From Octopus vulgaris (lineage: Eukaryota): DNA of 64,000 nt. Made by a program: the position numbers and the translations under genes. The stretch is taken from the NCBI GenBank assembly GCA_951406725.2, contig OX597824.1, positions 1,116,001 through 1,180,000 of the forward strand. Reading direction: 5' to 3'. Position 1 is the first letter of the stretch. Each line of letters opens with the position of its first letter. Below the pieces are notes generated by a model. That model had not been told where the DNA came from. It did no database searches and was given only the letters and a program-made list of their open reading frames with translations. This document shows, one piece after another, positions 28,501 through 43,145 of this stretch.

Positions 28501-29013
28501 ATGCTGTATATCAGGTCCTTGCATGTGTGCGTGTATGGGTCGATGTAATATCTATGGTTTTGTCCGTTCCACCTCCTCTGTGTCCACGCTTATTGATCCT
28601 ATTCATTTGCTATATTGATTACTGAATTTGCTGCCGAGCTACGCATTTCTAAACAATACTTAATGTTGGCTGAGATGAAACCGAGTATGTCAGTGTTACT
28701 TACTTAATCAGCTCTAGAGACAATGGACATGCGAGGAATATCTCCAAACTTTGTTATTTATATTTACTCAGATTTAAGGAAAAAGAAGAGTCTTCACGTA
28801 TCGAATCGTAGTCTTCACCAGAAGAAAGAGTAACGTAAAGTAAAATAAAACTAGGAAATGTGTATATTTTCTCCTTTATTTTATTTTCCATTCTTTTTAC
28901 TGACAAAAGACTACTATCCGAAACGTGAAGAATCTCTCTCGCATTTTAAAGTTTTAAACTAATACATATAAAACTTTTCCTCTCGAGTTGTTTTCTGTTT
29001 GTGCTTAATGCCT

Positions 29014-29311
<298 letters not shown>

Positions 29312-29598
29312 CATGTGCGTTTCAGAGATTTGTACATATGTGAATGAGTGAATGAGTGTGCAATCATGTATTTACTTCCCGGTGAACACTTCCAATGCCT
29401 ACACCTATAAAAAATGTTTTTCAATACAGTTAAACCCCAGCTTAAAACATTATATACTTTGTATTCGATTTCCAGGTCTGAAATGATAATCTATTTTTAT
29501 CAATTAATCCACGGATTAATGTAAAACTTTGACTGAACTTTTATCACTGATCTGTCAGTATTTTCTTCTATTAATAGTATTTTTTTGTTTCTTTTCAG

Positions 29599-29638
29599 AA
29601 TCCTTAAAAACCTGTCAGACTAAAGATGGAGTGAAATC
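29599..29638 (+). CDS. Exon 2 (40 nt; end of signal peptide, first EGF cysteine)
   Basis: Acceptor ttttgtttcttttcag; encodes (E)SLKTCQTKDGVK(S); donor GTAAGT at 29639. Phase 1 in and phase 2 out bridge exons 1 and 3 exactly. Confidence 0.75.
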
Positions 29639-30969
29639 GTAAGTAGTAGCTGAGTTTATTCGTTGGTTTGACAAAGAGCGGAAGTAAACCTGACGTCACC
29701 TGCAATATAAAGAGCGCAGTTAGGGGTCAGTTTGTTGATTGAGGGTCATTGTAATATCTTTTGCCTTTAACTTGTTTCCTTCGTTGGACTGTGGCCATGC
29801 TGGTGCACCACATCGAACGGTTTAGTCAGGGACATCGACTAGAGTACATATTTCAAGACTGGTTCTTAGTCAATTGGACCCTTTTGGTATTGGGATGTAA
29901 ACTGACAACACCAGTTAAAAAAAGGAAGTGGGAGACAAACACGGCACAACTACAAGAACACACACACACATACACACGCATAAACACGCATACGCTCACA
30001 CACACATACACACACAAATAATTACAATGAGTCTGTAAAATCTAGGCGAAATGGAATATTTTCAATCATTTTATTCTATTACATTGTTTAACATAAGCAA
30101 CATGACTTCCACGAAGAACTAATTCGATTGTTTTTTCTTTGGACGAACTTGACATTTCCCATGTATCCAAAATTTATGGTTCCCAAAAAAAGAGAGAAAG
30201 AGATAGATAAGAAAATTAATGGACCAACAATTAACGACTAAAAGTTGATCATTTGTATTAAATGGTTATAGTCTAAATGTAGTTAAATACCATTTACAGC
30301 TGTTTCAGTTTGTTATTTTGAGGTAAATTTGCATTTATCTCGTTCCATACACACACACACACACACATAGTAAGAAAGAAATTCCTTCGAGAGATTTTCA
30401 ACACGTGGTGAGTTGTAGTGATAAATTATATAAAAAAAGAAGGAAAATACAAACAATTCATGTATTTGTAATATATTATAAAGGGTAGAATATTATGATA
30501 GTCAACCGGTTTCGCGTTTCGCTAAACATGACATTGAAATTGGTAAAAATAGTGTATTTTCTTAAGACGTTTCATGTCATGTTACTTGAATGAGAGTTTG
30601 TTTGTAAATGAATCAGCATGTAAAACCAGCTAAAGGGAGGTAGTTGGTAATTGTCATTACTGGAGACAGGGGTGAGGAAGTTTATATGAAGTCATTAGTT
30701 AAGGTAGTGAGATAAAATATACACTATATTGGTTATGCGTTCATATTCAGGCCCGGTTGGTATTTTTCAATAAATATATTTTCTTTATTTAACCGTGCTT
30801 ATATAGAAATACTAGTAGATAGGGAAAATTGTGAAGTTAGGTTGGAGAGTCCCCGCACATCTCTCTATGTGTTCACTCAATATATATAATTTCCACATGC
30901 CCGATGGAAAGTCCCGCCAGAGGCTTTGAAACATTAAGTAGCATGGAATATAAATGAACCTGTTCTGAT

Positions 30970-31008
<39 letters not shown>

Positions 31009-31406
31009 TTACTCTTTTACTTGTTTCAGTCATTTGACTGCGGCCATGCTGGAGCACCGCTTTTAATCGAGCAACTCGACCCCGGGACTTATTCTTTTTT
31101 GTAAGCCCAGTACTTATTCTATCGGTCTCTTTTGCCGAACCGCTAAGTAACGGGGACATAAACACACCACCATCGGTTGTCAAGCAATGCTAGGGGGACA
31201 AACACAGACACACAAACACACACACGCATATATATATGTATATATATATACGACGGGCTTCTTTCAGTTTCCGTCTACCAAATCCACTCACCAGGTTTTG
31301 GTCGGCCTGAGGCTATAGTAGAAGACACTTGGCCAAGGTGCCACGCAGTGGGACTGAACCCGGAACCATGTGGTTGGTAAACAAGCTACTTACCACACAG
31401 CCACTC
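31009..31406 (-). mobile_element. SINE family A, near full length
   Basis: High identity to 8086-8488. Confidence 0.9.
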
Positions 31407-31689
31407 GAGTATAAGTTTCTATGTATTATATATGTAGGTGTGTATGTATGTATCAGCAGAATTACTCAATTAACGTTCCACCCACCACTGTTTTAAAGTA
31501 TTTTAGTTGTTATATTTCTAAGATTCCACCATTTGAGATGTGTATGGTTCCTTGGTTGCCCTTGGATCGATGTAGTCTCACTATTGAGGAATTTGCTGCA
31601 CTTTTCGTAAATTTTTATTCATTTTTTATTGTTTACATGTTTGAATGTAAACCCCACGAAGGGGCTTTTCTTGCCATCGTTTTGTCAAG

Positions 31690-34100
31690 ATCCATTGCTG
31701 TACTAGTTTTAGTTTGGATTTCATTTGTTTTATAGCTTTTGTTGTTTCTTCTTCTTCCTATTTGTTAGGTAGTATGACTTTTTGTATTTGTCAGCTTCCT
31801 TAAATACCGAAAACAGTTTTTTGTATTGCTCGTGTTTTGTGGCTATTGGTATTAGTTTTCCCTGCTTCTGAAGTAGGTATTTTTGCAGTCCTATGGTGGT
31901 TATTTTATAATAGTTTTCCAGCTGTATAAGGCCTCTACCACCTTCCATACGTTGTATATATAGCCTTTCTATGTCAGATTTTGGGTGGTGCATCCTAGAT
32001 CAAGCCATTATTTTTCTTGTTTTCCTGTCTATTTTGGTTAGTTCATTTAGTGTCCAGTTAAGGATATTGTATTATAAATAAAGATATTTATAACTGGGTC
32101 AACTAGAGATATTATCTTGTTTTTAGCATTGAGCTGTTTTTAGTATTGATCTAACTAATCTATAGTATTCTTTCTTTCATTTGTGTGTGTTGTATCGTAT
32201 CTAGTTCATTGATTCCTAAGTATTTGTATGTCTGGCTTTGGTCTAATTCTCTTTATTTCTTTGGTAAATCCATGTAAACTCTGTAGTAATGTTTCCAGCT
32301 GTTTATCATTTGTAGTGTATATATAAGAAGTGGCTGATTGCTTTGCCGTAACATTTGTATCCGCATCCAGCTCTATTTAGCATATCAGATAGAGGTGTCA
32401 GTGCCAAGCAGAAAAGGAGTGGAGAGAGCGTGTCCTCCTGGAATATTCCTTTTCTAATGGGGATGGCTTTGGTTTTCACGAGTCCCTCTTTTGTTTGGAG
32501 CTGTAGCACTGTCTGCCATATATTCATAGAGTGTCTTATGTATTTTATAATTGTTGGTGCCTCCTTGTTAATGGTTAGTGTTTCGAGGATCCATGTGTGG
32601 GGAATGCTATCAAACGCCTTTCGGTAGTCGATCCAAGCCATACTGAGGCCTTTCGTCTTTCTGCGGCTGTCTTCAGTTATGGCTTTATTGATCATTAGTT
32701 GATCTTTACAGCCATATGAGCCTTTGCGGCATCCTTTCTGCTCTTCTGGGAACAGGTTATTCTCTTCCAGATGCTTGCTCAATCTTTACGATATTATTGC
32801 AGTAATGGCTTTGTACATTGTAGGGAGACAGGTTACGGGTCTGTAGTTTTGTGGTTTTGCCGTTTCATTGGATTTGGGAATTAGTATGGCTTTCCCTTTC
32901 GTGAGCCATTCAGGCATTGTCTCTGGCTCTGCCAGTATTTTGTTAAAGTTTTCAGCCAGCTTTTTGTGTATTCCTGTTAGATAATTTTACCGGAAGTTGG
33001 GGATCTTGTCATGCCCAGGTGTCTTCCAGTTGCTTAGTCTTTGCAGTGTTTGGGTGACCTCTTCAGTTGTTATGGGGATCCAGAGTTGCTCAGGTGCTAA
33101 GTTCGTTGTTTTAATGGTCCTTTTCTGCGGTTGTTCATTCGCTGACCATATTTCTTTCCAAAATTCTTCCACTTCTGGTGCTGCAGTGATGTCAATTTTA
33201 TTTTTGCCAAGTTCTTGGTAGAATTTTTGGGGGTTGGAGTTGAACTGTTTGTTTTGTTCAAAGAAACGTTGGCGTTTCTCATACCGGCGGATTCTTTGTG
33301 CTTTGGCAAGGATATCTTACCTTAGCTTTTCTTTTACCTCAGGTAAATCTGTTTCTGTAATGTGGTATTTGCACAGTATTTTTGTTTTCTTCTTGTTACT
33401 TAATAGTGTTGATTGTCTACTGATTTCGTTAAGAATCGACAGATCTTTTCTCTTTTTTCTTTTGTTTTTTTTTTTCTGGATATTATTTATCCACAGGGTT
33501 TATTTGGGTGTTGTTACTCCTGTTTGGATGGGTTTGAGGGAGTATCCAGCTTCTTTTCTGGCTGCAGTGGCTGCTGCATATACTATGTCATTTAGCTCAG
33601 TGATATTGCTATTTCTTTCTGTGGCTATCAGTTCCGTGACGGCCATGTTTATGCTATTTATTATTGATGTTGTTTTATTGTCTATTTTGATTTTCGGGAG
33701 GTATGGTCGGTGGTCCATTCTGAGATCTGTGGTTTTCAGTTCTTTGATTATTCTCATCTTTATAGTATCATAATCATTGGGTTCCTCTTCGTTGTTTCCG
33801 GTTTTTAGATTTGTTTCGCCTTCCTTCTCATTCATATGTTTGTCTGTGGTGTTCTGGATTGGTGCTTTTGTACATTATTATACATCCCTACGGTCTGGCT
33901 TTGTTGTTTTTTGTTTACTTCGTTTTTGTTGGAAATGTTACTCCTGTCTTCATGTTTTACTATTTCAGTGTTTATATCATTTGGCATTGTTGTGTGGCTT
34001 CTATCTACATTTCCCTGGTGTATTTTTCCTTTTAAGTGTTATACTTCTATTTCTGATATTTTTGCGTTATTCCGATATACCTCGGTCGGAGAGGGTGGTT
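31690..34100 (-). mobile_element. R4/Dong-like non-LTR retrotransposon, N-terminal plus RT region (disrupted)
   Basis: FPEEQKGCRKGSYGCKDQL, AWIDYRKAFDSIPHTWI, GIFQEDTLSPLLFCLAL, MHHPKSDIERLYI..GGRGL spread over broken ORFs. Confidence 0.9.
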
Positions 34101-35858
34101 AAAATCAAAGTAGCAGGGGTACCATCAGAAGTGGACATCTCTTTACTGGTGGTGCCGTAGTATATATCACAGAGAATAAAAGAACAATTCTCTAAGTGTT
34201 CAATATGGGAAAGGAAAACTGGTCAGACAGAGAATGAAATTATCGTTAGAGACCGATGAGATAAGTATCGAAGTCATCCCTGACCTGGTCAGCTTCTCTA
34301 AATATACATACCTATTCGTAGTAATGCTCAACTGATAGAAAACTGTTGGCACCTGATGATACTCTAGGGCACCCTGCATCGGTCTACGCTGGATCTAGGA
34401 CTGTAGCTCAGTCAGAAACGAATTGTAGAAAATCCTTTCTGACAAATGATGACCACTGCTGCTCACCGCCAAGGAAGCGCTGGAGGCATCGTAGCCTCAT
34501 GTCTGTGCATCAGCAGCCACGACATGCCCAACCCTCCATTCAGCGGTGTTGACTGCCTATGGAGCGTCTGACCAGTGGAATGCATCCGTTTCACAAAAAG
34601 CGGAAGAGTATGCTCTTCAATTTGTTTAAACGTAAACTGGGGCAAAGTACGGCAGGCAGCCATATATGACGAATGCGATGTACCTCAAGGCAACCCATGG
34701 CTACCTCGGTTACTTGGTTTCTTTTATCCTTCTTCTGCACGAATTGAAATGTCTATTCACAACCACATGCTAACACTAAAATCGCACATCTTCCAAACCT
34801 TTTAACACCTCCTCACGTCACCTGCCTGCAGCTTAGTGAGTTCGATACTGTCTTTGGCACCACCAATCTTTTACTTTTGATCCATCAGAAACAGTTAGTC
34901 AGACCACTGAAGTAGTCTTTCTAGGTATGTCACATCCAACGTCCAACAAACAGCAAAAACCTATATCCATAAATTTGTTAAGCGGTTCTCTCTTAGATGT
35001 GTTATCGCTGTTTCAGGCATAAATAAATAAAAACATTATAAAAAGTCCCAAGCCCCTAAAATACTGGGATACTCTAAGCGTTGCACAATTCCTACAAAGC
35101 CATCATCATACGATGTATTTCAAGTTTCCGTTTCTCAAATCCACTCGATAGACTCTGGATTACTCTGGCCTTAAGTAGAAGACATCTACCTAAGACGGCA
35201 GGTGACAGGACGAGAAACTATGAGGCTTAGAAGGAAGGTTGGAACCATAGAACGAAACCTGTAATTTGCATAAAAAAACCCAGAAAAACAATCTCCGAAG
35301 ATATTTACCCAGAGATGCCATCTGCATGAATAAGCAGTATTCAAGTTACTGTTATTTTATTTGTGTCATCAAATTAGAAATACTTATGCGGTGAGGAAGA
35401 ACATAATCCAGCAACAACACCAATAATGATATAATGGATGGCTTGGAGCCTACACAACAACAACAACAACAACAACAACAACAGGATAGAAGCGAATAAG
35501 AGCAGAAACGACATTTGATGTGCGTGAACATCAGCTGCACACGAAGTAAAATCATTACTGTATATTATATTTGAATAATACTCCGTGTATAGAATTGTTA
35601 GAAGCAGATCCTCTACGAAGCAGTTACGTCTTCCTCTGCTTCACGTCGATGATACGTAAAAGGTATTGAATTTTCTGATACAGTTCAAATAACAGGCGAT
35701 GATTCAAGTAACGACATGTTTTGTCTGCGATTCACACGTCTTTGTGTGTGCGTGCGCGCGCGTAAACATGGTTGCACGTAGTTTATACATGCACACACAC
35801 ACACACACATTATTGTTATTATTATTATTATTATAGTTGTTGTTGTTGTTATTGATAG

Positions 35859-35921
<63 letters not shown>

Positions 35922-36102
35922 TTAGTAGTGCTTTACAAGCATAGAAATCAGAAAGGCAAATTTATTAATTCATAATCAAGGGTATGGGAGAGTACCAGCT
36001 TTGCTAGAAATAACAGCCAAAAAAAGTGATATTGTGGCTTATTTGAGTATTATTCGGGTCTTATTTCTAGCAACACTGACACTATCGTGTACCCTTGATT
36101 AT

Positions 36103-36450
<348 letters not shown>

Positions 36451-36990
36451 TGAGGTCTGATGAATATGTATCCGGATTGTTGCCATAGTAACGAAGCTAA
36501 AGCACGTAGAGTGAAGCCGCTCGGCAAAGATTGATCTTGGACTCTGCTGTGCTTGCACACTAAGTTTTAACGTTCTAGCTCACTTCCGCTGTTTACAACA
36601 GTGCTTGAAAGGAAGGTGTGTAGCGTGTGATCGTCGCATTGGCCATGACAGAGAACACAAGTGTACGAGTGGTTCCGATGTTTCCAAGATGACCGAAAAA
36701 CAGTCGATGTTGACGAAAGTTCCGGGAAACTCGCAACCAGTAGAACTGGGAAAGACACCGCAGATGTGAGGGGAAATTATTGAATCACCATTTGTGAGTT
36801 ATCAGATGATATGTAGATTAGTTACAGTTCACTTCAGTCCATTATCAATGAAGATTTGGGTATGAGACGCGTGTCTGCCAAGTTTGTGCCAAAACTGCTT
36901 TCAGCTGACCATAAAAACACTCGGGTTTCAATTGCACAAGATCTCCCTCATTGTGTCGAGAACGATGAAATCTTTTTGAAAACTTTGTGT
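36451..36990 (+). mobile_element. Mariner transposase 5' fragment
   Basis: QVYEWFRCFQDDRKTVDVDESSGK and EDLGMRRVSAKFVPKLLS (WVP-like motif). Confidence 0.8.
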
Positions 36991-37576
36991 TGGCCTCTGA
37001 GCAGGTCTCGCCAAGCTTTTGGCAAAGCTTGATGTAATAAGTTTCGCGTTATCGGTTGTACCTAGAGCCTTCATCAGTGTGAAAATAAATGTCCATAGGA
37101 AATTCAAATTCTATCTGCACATTTTGTGAAGTCGCGAAACTGAAAGGTACTTTCGTAAAAACTAACGGCTGGCTCTGGTGTAGTCATCTTCTAAATTCCT
37201 GCCCTTGTTTTCGTTTAATATATTGGCGATAGAGTGATCAGCGCTTAACAATAGGAAAACTCTCAGACAATCTGCAGTCACAGCGTGGCATGAAGTCCAT
37301 GACAGTCAGCTTTAGTAAACGCTGTTAAAGCTATTGAGAAAAGACTATCATAATATGACATTATAAAAATAGCTGTGTGTCTAGTCAGAGAGAAACATTT
37401 CTTCTTTAGTATGTTTTGTAATTCTGTTGTAATCCTGCTGTTTCTATCTTTGAACATTTCTGGAATTATTGTCATTTGCGATTAGGGAATCAGTGGAGTT
37501 TGTTCGTTTTGTATTTTGTTGCCTCCTTCTGTACCAAAAAATAGCGTTTTTTTGTGTTGCTTCATTATTATTATTA

Positions 37577-37649
<73 letters not shown>

Positions 37650-37650
<1 letters not shown>

Positions 37651-38125
37651 GTGAGAGAGCAGTTCATGCCATCAAAGTGACACTGGGGTAAAATATACGA
37701 AGCCCAATATACCCATCATGACTACCCGTCTGATAAGGGTACACCAGGCACATGCATCACAACCACATGTGCTCGACATGGTGATCTCATATCAAGATAA
37801 ACAGCACATAACCTTGTAGGTGGGGCCCAGTTAAAATTTTCTTCTGGTCGAGTAACCCATCCCACTCAAAAGGTCCCTGAATAAGGGTTGTTTAAGGATG
37901 TTGAACAAACCACCCATGTTTCCAAAGGTGAATTATCCAAACCTCTAAGAATTCCTTTCAACACATGGCTTTGATGCTCCCCCACTACTTCTGCTCGTGA
38001 TCAGAGATGCACATATCGTCAGCCACTAAGGGACATGCTCAACTGGTTAAGGTAAAACAACTGACAAGCAAATCTGTGGTGTTGAGCAGAATATTTGCTG
38101 TAGCCCATCTTTTATACCAAGACAA
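37650..38125. mobile_element. ~475-bp non-coding insert inside an (ATT)n array; probable non-autonomous microsatellite-targeting element
   Basis: Complex sequence sharply bounded by (ATT)n at 37563-37649 and 38126-38217; abuts the R4/Dong-like LINE 3' end. Confidence 0.55.
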
Positions 38126-38212
<87 letters not shown>

Positions 38213-38219
38213 TATTATA

Positions 38220-39880
38220 CACTCAACAGATTCGGCTGTTGCAAGAGAAAAGAATCCTAACGTCGGGCTACAACAAGTAGCCTTAGATGCCCTTAAGAAC
38301 CCTCCTATCGGGTTACATTAAGTAACCTTAGATGCGAAGAACCCTCCTAAGTGCCCTACCTGTCCCCAATTGCACTCTTTTCTAGAGCTGTACTAGACTG
38401 GGTTTTATGCCTATTTCCTCTTTCCATCTGTTCGGATCTTTAGGGATGGTTCCTAATGTACCTATAACTACTGGGGTACATTCTACCCGCACTTGCCATA
38501 GTCTCTGTAATTTAATATAGCAGGCTCCTGGTTCTTTGCTATTTTCTATTCTTCTCATATTAATGTTTTCATCATTTGGGACTGTAAAGTCAATTACCTG
38601 GCACTTTCTCTCCTCTTTATCTGCTACTACCAAATCAGGCCTTCTAGCTTCTATTACTCTGCCAGTCTGAATATTAAAGAACTACAACATCTTGCACGTC
38701 TTACTTTCTAGTACTTTACTAGGTTCATGTTCATAACATTTATCAGTATGTTCAAATCTTAGCTTTCTAAAATGCTCTCAGTGGATTGCACTCCCAAGAT
38801 TGTCATGTCTTTACTTGTATTCTTTCTGTGCCAGCATACTACATTCACTTCCTCTATGAATAATGCTTTCCTCTTTTGATTTGCATAATCTATACTGGGA
38901 ATCTATTTGGTTTTTGTCTAGCTTGGCTGTTATTCAATTAATCCTTAATGCTTGATGTTGTGCAGCTACTAACAAACTTTCTCTCTCCCTCTTCAGCTTT
39001 CCCTTCTGCAGCCACAGCCATGTCTCACTACTACTATTTGCTGAAACTAGCTTTCAGAATCTACCATGCAACGCCTTCTCCTGCCAGTCAAATAATTTCT
39101 GTTCTTTTTGCTGGTTTTTAAGTTGGTTTTCTGTTTTGGTTTCCCTATGTCTTGCTGCGACTCTGGCAGCTTTTAATAAACTTTCTTCACTATTACCTAC
39201 ATAGGAGTCTATATCTACTCTAGCTAACTCCATGCAGTCTTCGACCTTCCTTTCTAGGTAGGCATAATCTTGCTACTCCTGCCCTTGGACTTCTGTCTCC
39301 ATTCATATTGAATTTCTTCCTAGTTCTTCTGTCTAGCTTTGCTAATTCAGTTTTTGTCCAATCTACAAAAGCTGCTGAGTATCGAAGTAATGAAACTGCC
39401 CGAGTATTTACAGTCTTCACTAGATTCGGACCGTTTAGATTTGACTTCATTAGCTTCCTCACTCTTGTGATGTACTCCTTCTCATTTCTGTAGTTAGTAC
39501 TCTTGTCAGATTGTAATACTCCTAGATGCGTATAACTCTCCTCCTTTCAGTGATCATAATGCCTGGCTATCTGGTAATAGGATGCCTTCGCTGTTGACTG
39601 CATGTCCTCTTCTCATCACTAATATTGCACTCTACGCCAAATTCCATGCCTATATCTTTGCTGAAGAGTCTTACAGTCAGTATTAAGGAATTTATTTCTG
39701 TTTCTCGCTTACTAAAAAGCTTCAGATCGCCCATGTAGAGCAAATTACTATTTCCGAACTGATACTCTGCCTTTGCCTTCCTTAATATTAAACTTAGTGG
39801 GATCAAACATAGAACAAATATTAAAGAATATTAAAGGAGGCAACGAGTCCCCCTGCTAAATTCCTCTTTTTATTTTAACT
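38220..39880 (-). mobile_element. R4/Dong-like LINE 3' half (RT, restriction-like endonuclease, 3' UTR) ending at (TAA)n
   Basis: IPLSLILRK..LLYMGDLKLF, AVSLLRYSAAFVDWT, RPDLVVADKEERKCQVIDFTVPND, VVIGTLGTIPK. Confidence 0.88.
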
Positions 39881-40139
39881 TTTCTGAAGGGTGCGTTATA
39901 GATCTCTCCATTTCTCTGCTCAAATGCCATCGTGTTCAACTTTACTTTTCATCCCTCCGGGGTCGATAAACTTAAAATGCTCATCAAATCCTGAAGTCGT
40001 TGTTATCGACGAATTCTCTATCCTTAAAAATTACTGAACTTTGCCAAAATAACCCACCATATTATCATTAGCAATCATTATTACTGACAACCAGCCGAGT
40101 ATCTCCTTCATTTCTGTTTTTGTTTTCTTCTTTCCACAG

Positions 40140-40225
40140 CGTTCCCTGTAACCACGGCGACTGCTCCAGCGATGGCAGCTGCTTATGCCAACCTTGTTGG
40201 AAAGGTGCATTCTGCGATATATTCG
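40140..40225 (+). CDS. Exon 3, EGF-like domain
   Basis: Acceptor ttttcttctttccacag; VPCNHGDCSSDGSCLCQPCWKGAFCDIF fits the EGF pattern CxHGxC..CxC..WxGxxC; donor G|GTAAAT; phases 2/1. Confidence 0.9.
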
Positions 40226-41187
40226 GTAAATAAACTTTCAACTTCTAAACAAAGTAAACAAACGCTTGAGTTACGTCATACACGACTCGCTCAGTGTGTG
40301 CTAACCTAAAGGGTCTTTACATAACACTCGTAACATTAACAGAATGTGTTGCAGACTACAAGAGTCTCGGGTGCTTGTCTCACCCGACTTCGGATTACGT
40401 CGTAGATCCCTTTCTAGTCAACTACAAATATTGATAAATCAATACTGGGATTAATAAGTACCAATAATAATAGTAGGTAGCTGAAGAACGTGAAGCAGTA
40501 ACAACCTCGTTCCTCAAGCCTGAGATTTGAACCTCAGACGCCCGCTATTGTTGCTTTTGCCGGTGTTGCTTATTATTTATTTTATTCTTTTTAAGTTTCT
40601 ACTATCATTTTTTGGAGCAGGTTATGTTGATGTGATTTTCTGCGAAAATATGTTGTGTTTGAGCTTTCTTTGGACCATTTGATTGATTTAGAAACTGGAA
40701 CTTAATGTCTATTTAATCTCAGGGGTTGGTAGGGTTCGGAAATTAAATTTGAAACTCCAATCTCCTCACCTATGGCTCTTGCTATGACACGTTTTCTCGT
40801 TGCATATTCTATATCACTAACCTTTTCAATCGACAAGGATAAGACGAAAATCACCTTTCATTTCTATCCCCTTTCATTCCTCTCTTCTATGTCAAGCTCT
40901 AATCATAGAATGCCGAATACCTGCACAATCCAACCTAACAAACATTACGTCATACGCCAAATGAGATTTTTCAAATTCCCCTTGACTGCTATTTCTAGTA
41001 GAACCGAAAGCTTTTTCAACACAATCTCCTCGTCCATTTATATATCTAGGACCACACTCTTCAACTTATTATTCCTGTTTTGTGAATTGGTGTGTAATTT
41101 GACAGGAGATGAAAGAAAAATTATTCTCGATAATTACACTGCCATATCTTGGCAAAACTGAAAATAGTTGGTTGCCTTAACTTTGGA

Positions 41188-41234
<47 letters not shown>

Positions 41235-41352
41235 AAGCCTTACATATCCATCCATCCATCCATCCATTCACCCATCAATATATACATACATATATAAATA
41301 CACACATGCATACATACATATATAAATACGTACATAAATATATACATACATA

Positions 41353-41435
<83 letters not shown>

Positions 41436-41648
41436 GGAAGGTTTCCGACCACCCCCATGTAACTAAAGGTGGACTGACTCATTATTATTAAATAAAGGAC
41501 TGTGAACGATTGGCAGTTCGGGTCGGTAAGCAGTTCACTGTGAGCCGTTGATAGAGATTGTTGAGCCTCATGTAATAGTAGTGAGTCGTTTATATACTTT
41601 CTTCTCCCTGCTTCGTTATATTATATATCCAATACAAGAATATAAAAT

Positions 41649-41712
<64 letters not shown>

Positions 41713-42557
41713 TATATATCAATCTATCAATGATGATTACTCCATCTTCACAATTGATTTCCATATCCTTGTGCTCCCTTGTTGTCAATGGCATATCTGA
41801 CATTCCGTCCATGACCTCTCAGGTGACCGGCCAGACCTGCTGCTGTTCTGCATAGGTTGAAACATAAGTGCGATGTAACTTGCTGCGTACTTTCTAACAA
41901 GTCTACACACGTTGCTCCTCTTCCATCGCCATGGGACTTTCCGTTGATGGAATAAAAACAAATGAGGTCACTAGAAACAGATATTCACATCTAGTAATAA
42001 ACGCTTGTACAATGCGAGTCCCACTCTCCGAGTCTCGGCGGTTAGCACCTAGTGACTCGCCGAAGCATGAGGACCCGTAATCACGTGAAACCGCAGGTTC
42101 TACATCAGAATGTCCTTTTCCTAGAAGAATTCTGAAAAAACGGCTAGGGATCCTTCATTTTTAGTGGGTTTTTAATGCACGCGCTGACACCAATAATGAA
42201 TGAGAGTTAGTTTCCTCACACCTTAAAACCCCGTGACTCCCGAACCGCACACACACACACACATGTATATGTCTATGTCTATGTTTATATATATATATAT
42301 ATATAAAAATTAGTAATGCAATACAAAGTATCGCCTTCCAGTAAAGAATAGCGCGTGAGGGAAAAATACACAAAGTAGTAAATAAATGGCACAACTAAGT
42401 ACCGATATTTACTGGAAATAGCGAACGTAAAAAGACGACGCTAATGTATAGCTTCACCGCGTATGTATTAGTAAAAATGCGTGTGTGCAACAAACTAGAG
42501 AAAAACGTCTTACCCCCAGGGAGAACATCTGAAAGATGAAATACCCGGAAAAGGATA

Positions 42558-42635
42558 ATGTGGGACCTGCAGGTTTCAGATTTTACAAGATATGACTGCC
42601 ACCCATATCTTATTCTATCTTCATCAGCCAAGCAT
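42558..42635 (-). ncRNA. Type I hammerhead ribozyme, mirror copy
   Basis: Reverse complement of 42883-42960, inside the left arm of the inverted repeat. Confidence 0.85.
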
Positions 42636-42882
42636 ATACCATGACGAAATCTACGATGTTACCACATTAATACTATTACACTCGACTGAAACGCGGAACG
42701 CCAACAGTACGAAAAACGGTGAAGAAGCTTCAATAAATTAGTAATGCAATACAAAGTATCGCCTTCCAGTAAAGAATGGCCCGCGAGGGAAAAATACACC
42801 GTTTTTCGTACTGTTGGCGTTCCGCGTTTCAGTCGAGTGTAATAGTATTAATGTGGTAACATCGTAGATTTCGTCATGGTAT

Positions 42883-42960
42883 ATGCTTGGCTGATGAAGA
42901 TAGAATAAGATATGGGTGGCAGTCATATCTTGTAAAATCTGAAACCTGCAGGTCCCACAT
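42883..42960 (+). ncRNA. Type I hammerhead ribozyme (Penelope/retrozyme-type), intact core
   Basis: atg-ct-tgg CTGATGA [agat..taagatatg / catatcttg..atct stem II] GAAA cc-tgca-gg TC cca-cat. Palindromic stem III; predicted GUC cleavage after 42954. Confidence 0.85.
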
Positions 42961-43145
42961 TATCCTTTTCCGGGTATTTCATCTTTCAGATGTTCTCCCT
43001 GGGGGTAAGACGTTTTTCTCTAGTTTGTTGCACACACGCATTTTTACTAATACATACGCGGTGAAGCTATACATTAGCGTCGTCTTTTTACGTTCGCTAT
43101 TTCCAGTAAATATCGGTACTTAGTTGTGCCATTTATTTACTACTT

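Noticed and set aside
34300-34950. VPQGNP motif suggesting another LINE RT (also a weak RT-like stretch at 40700-41180)
   Set aside because: Too decayed to give boundaries or clade reliably.
42395-43123. Two identical 78-aa ORFs (MADEDRIRY...) on opposite strands
   Set aside because: By-product of the inverted repeat; they start at TTG, overlap the ribozyme core and show no protein motif.
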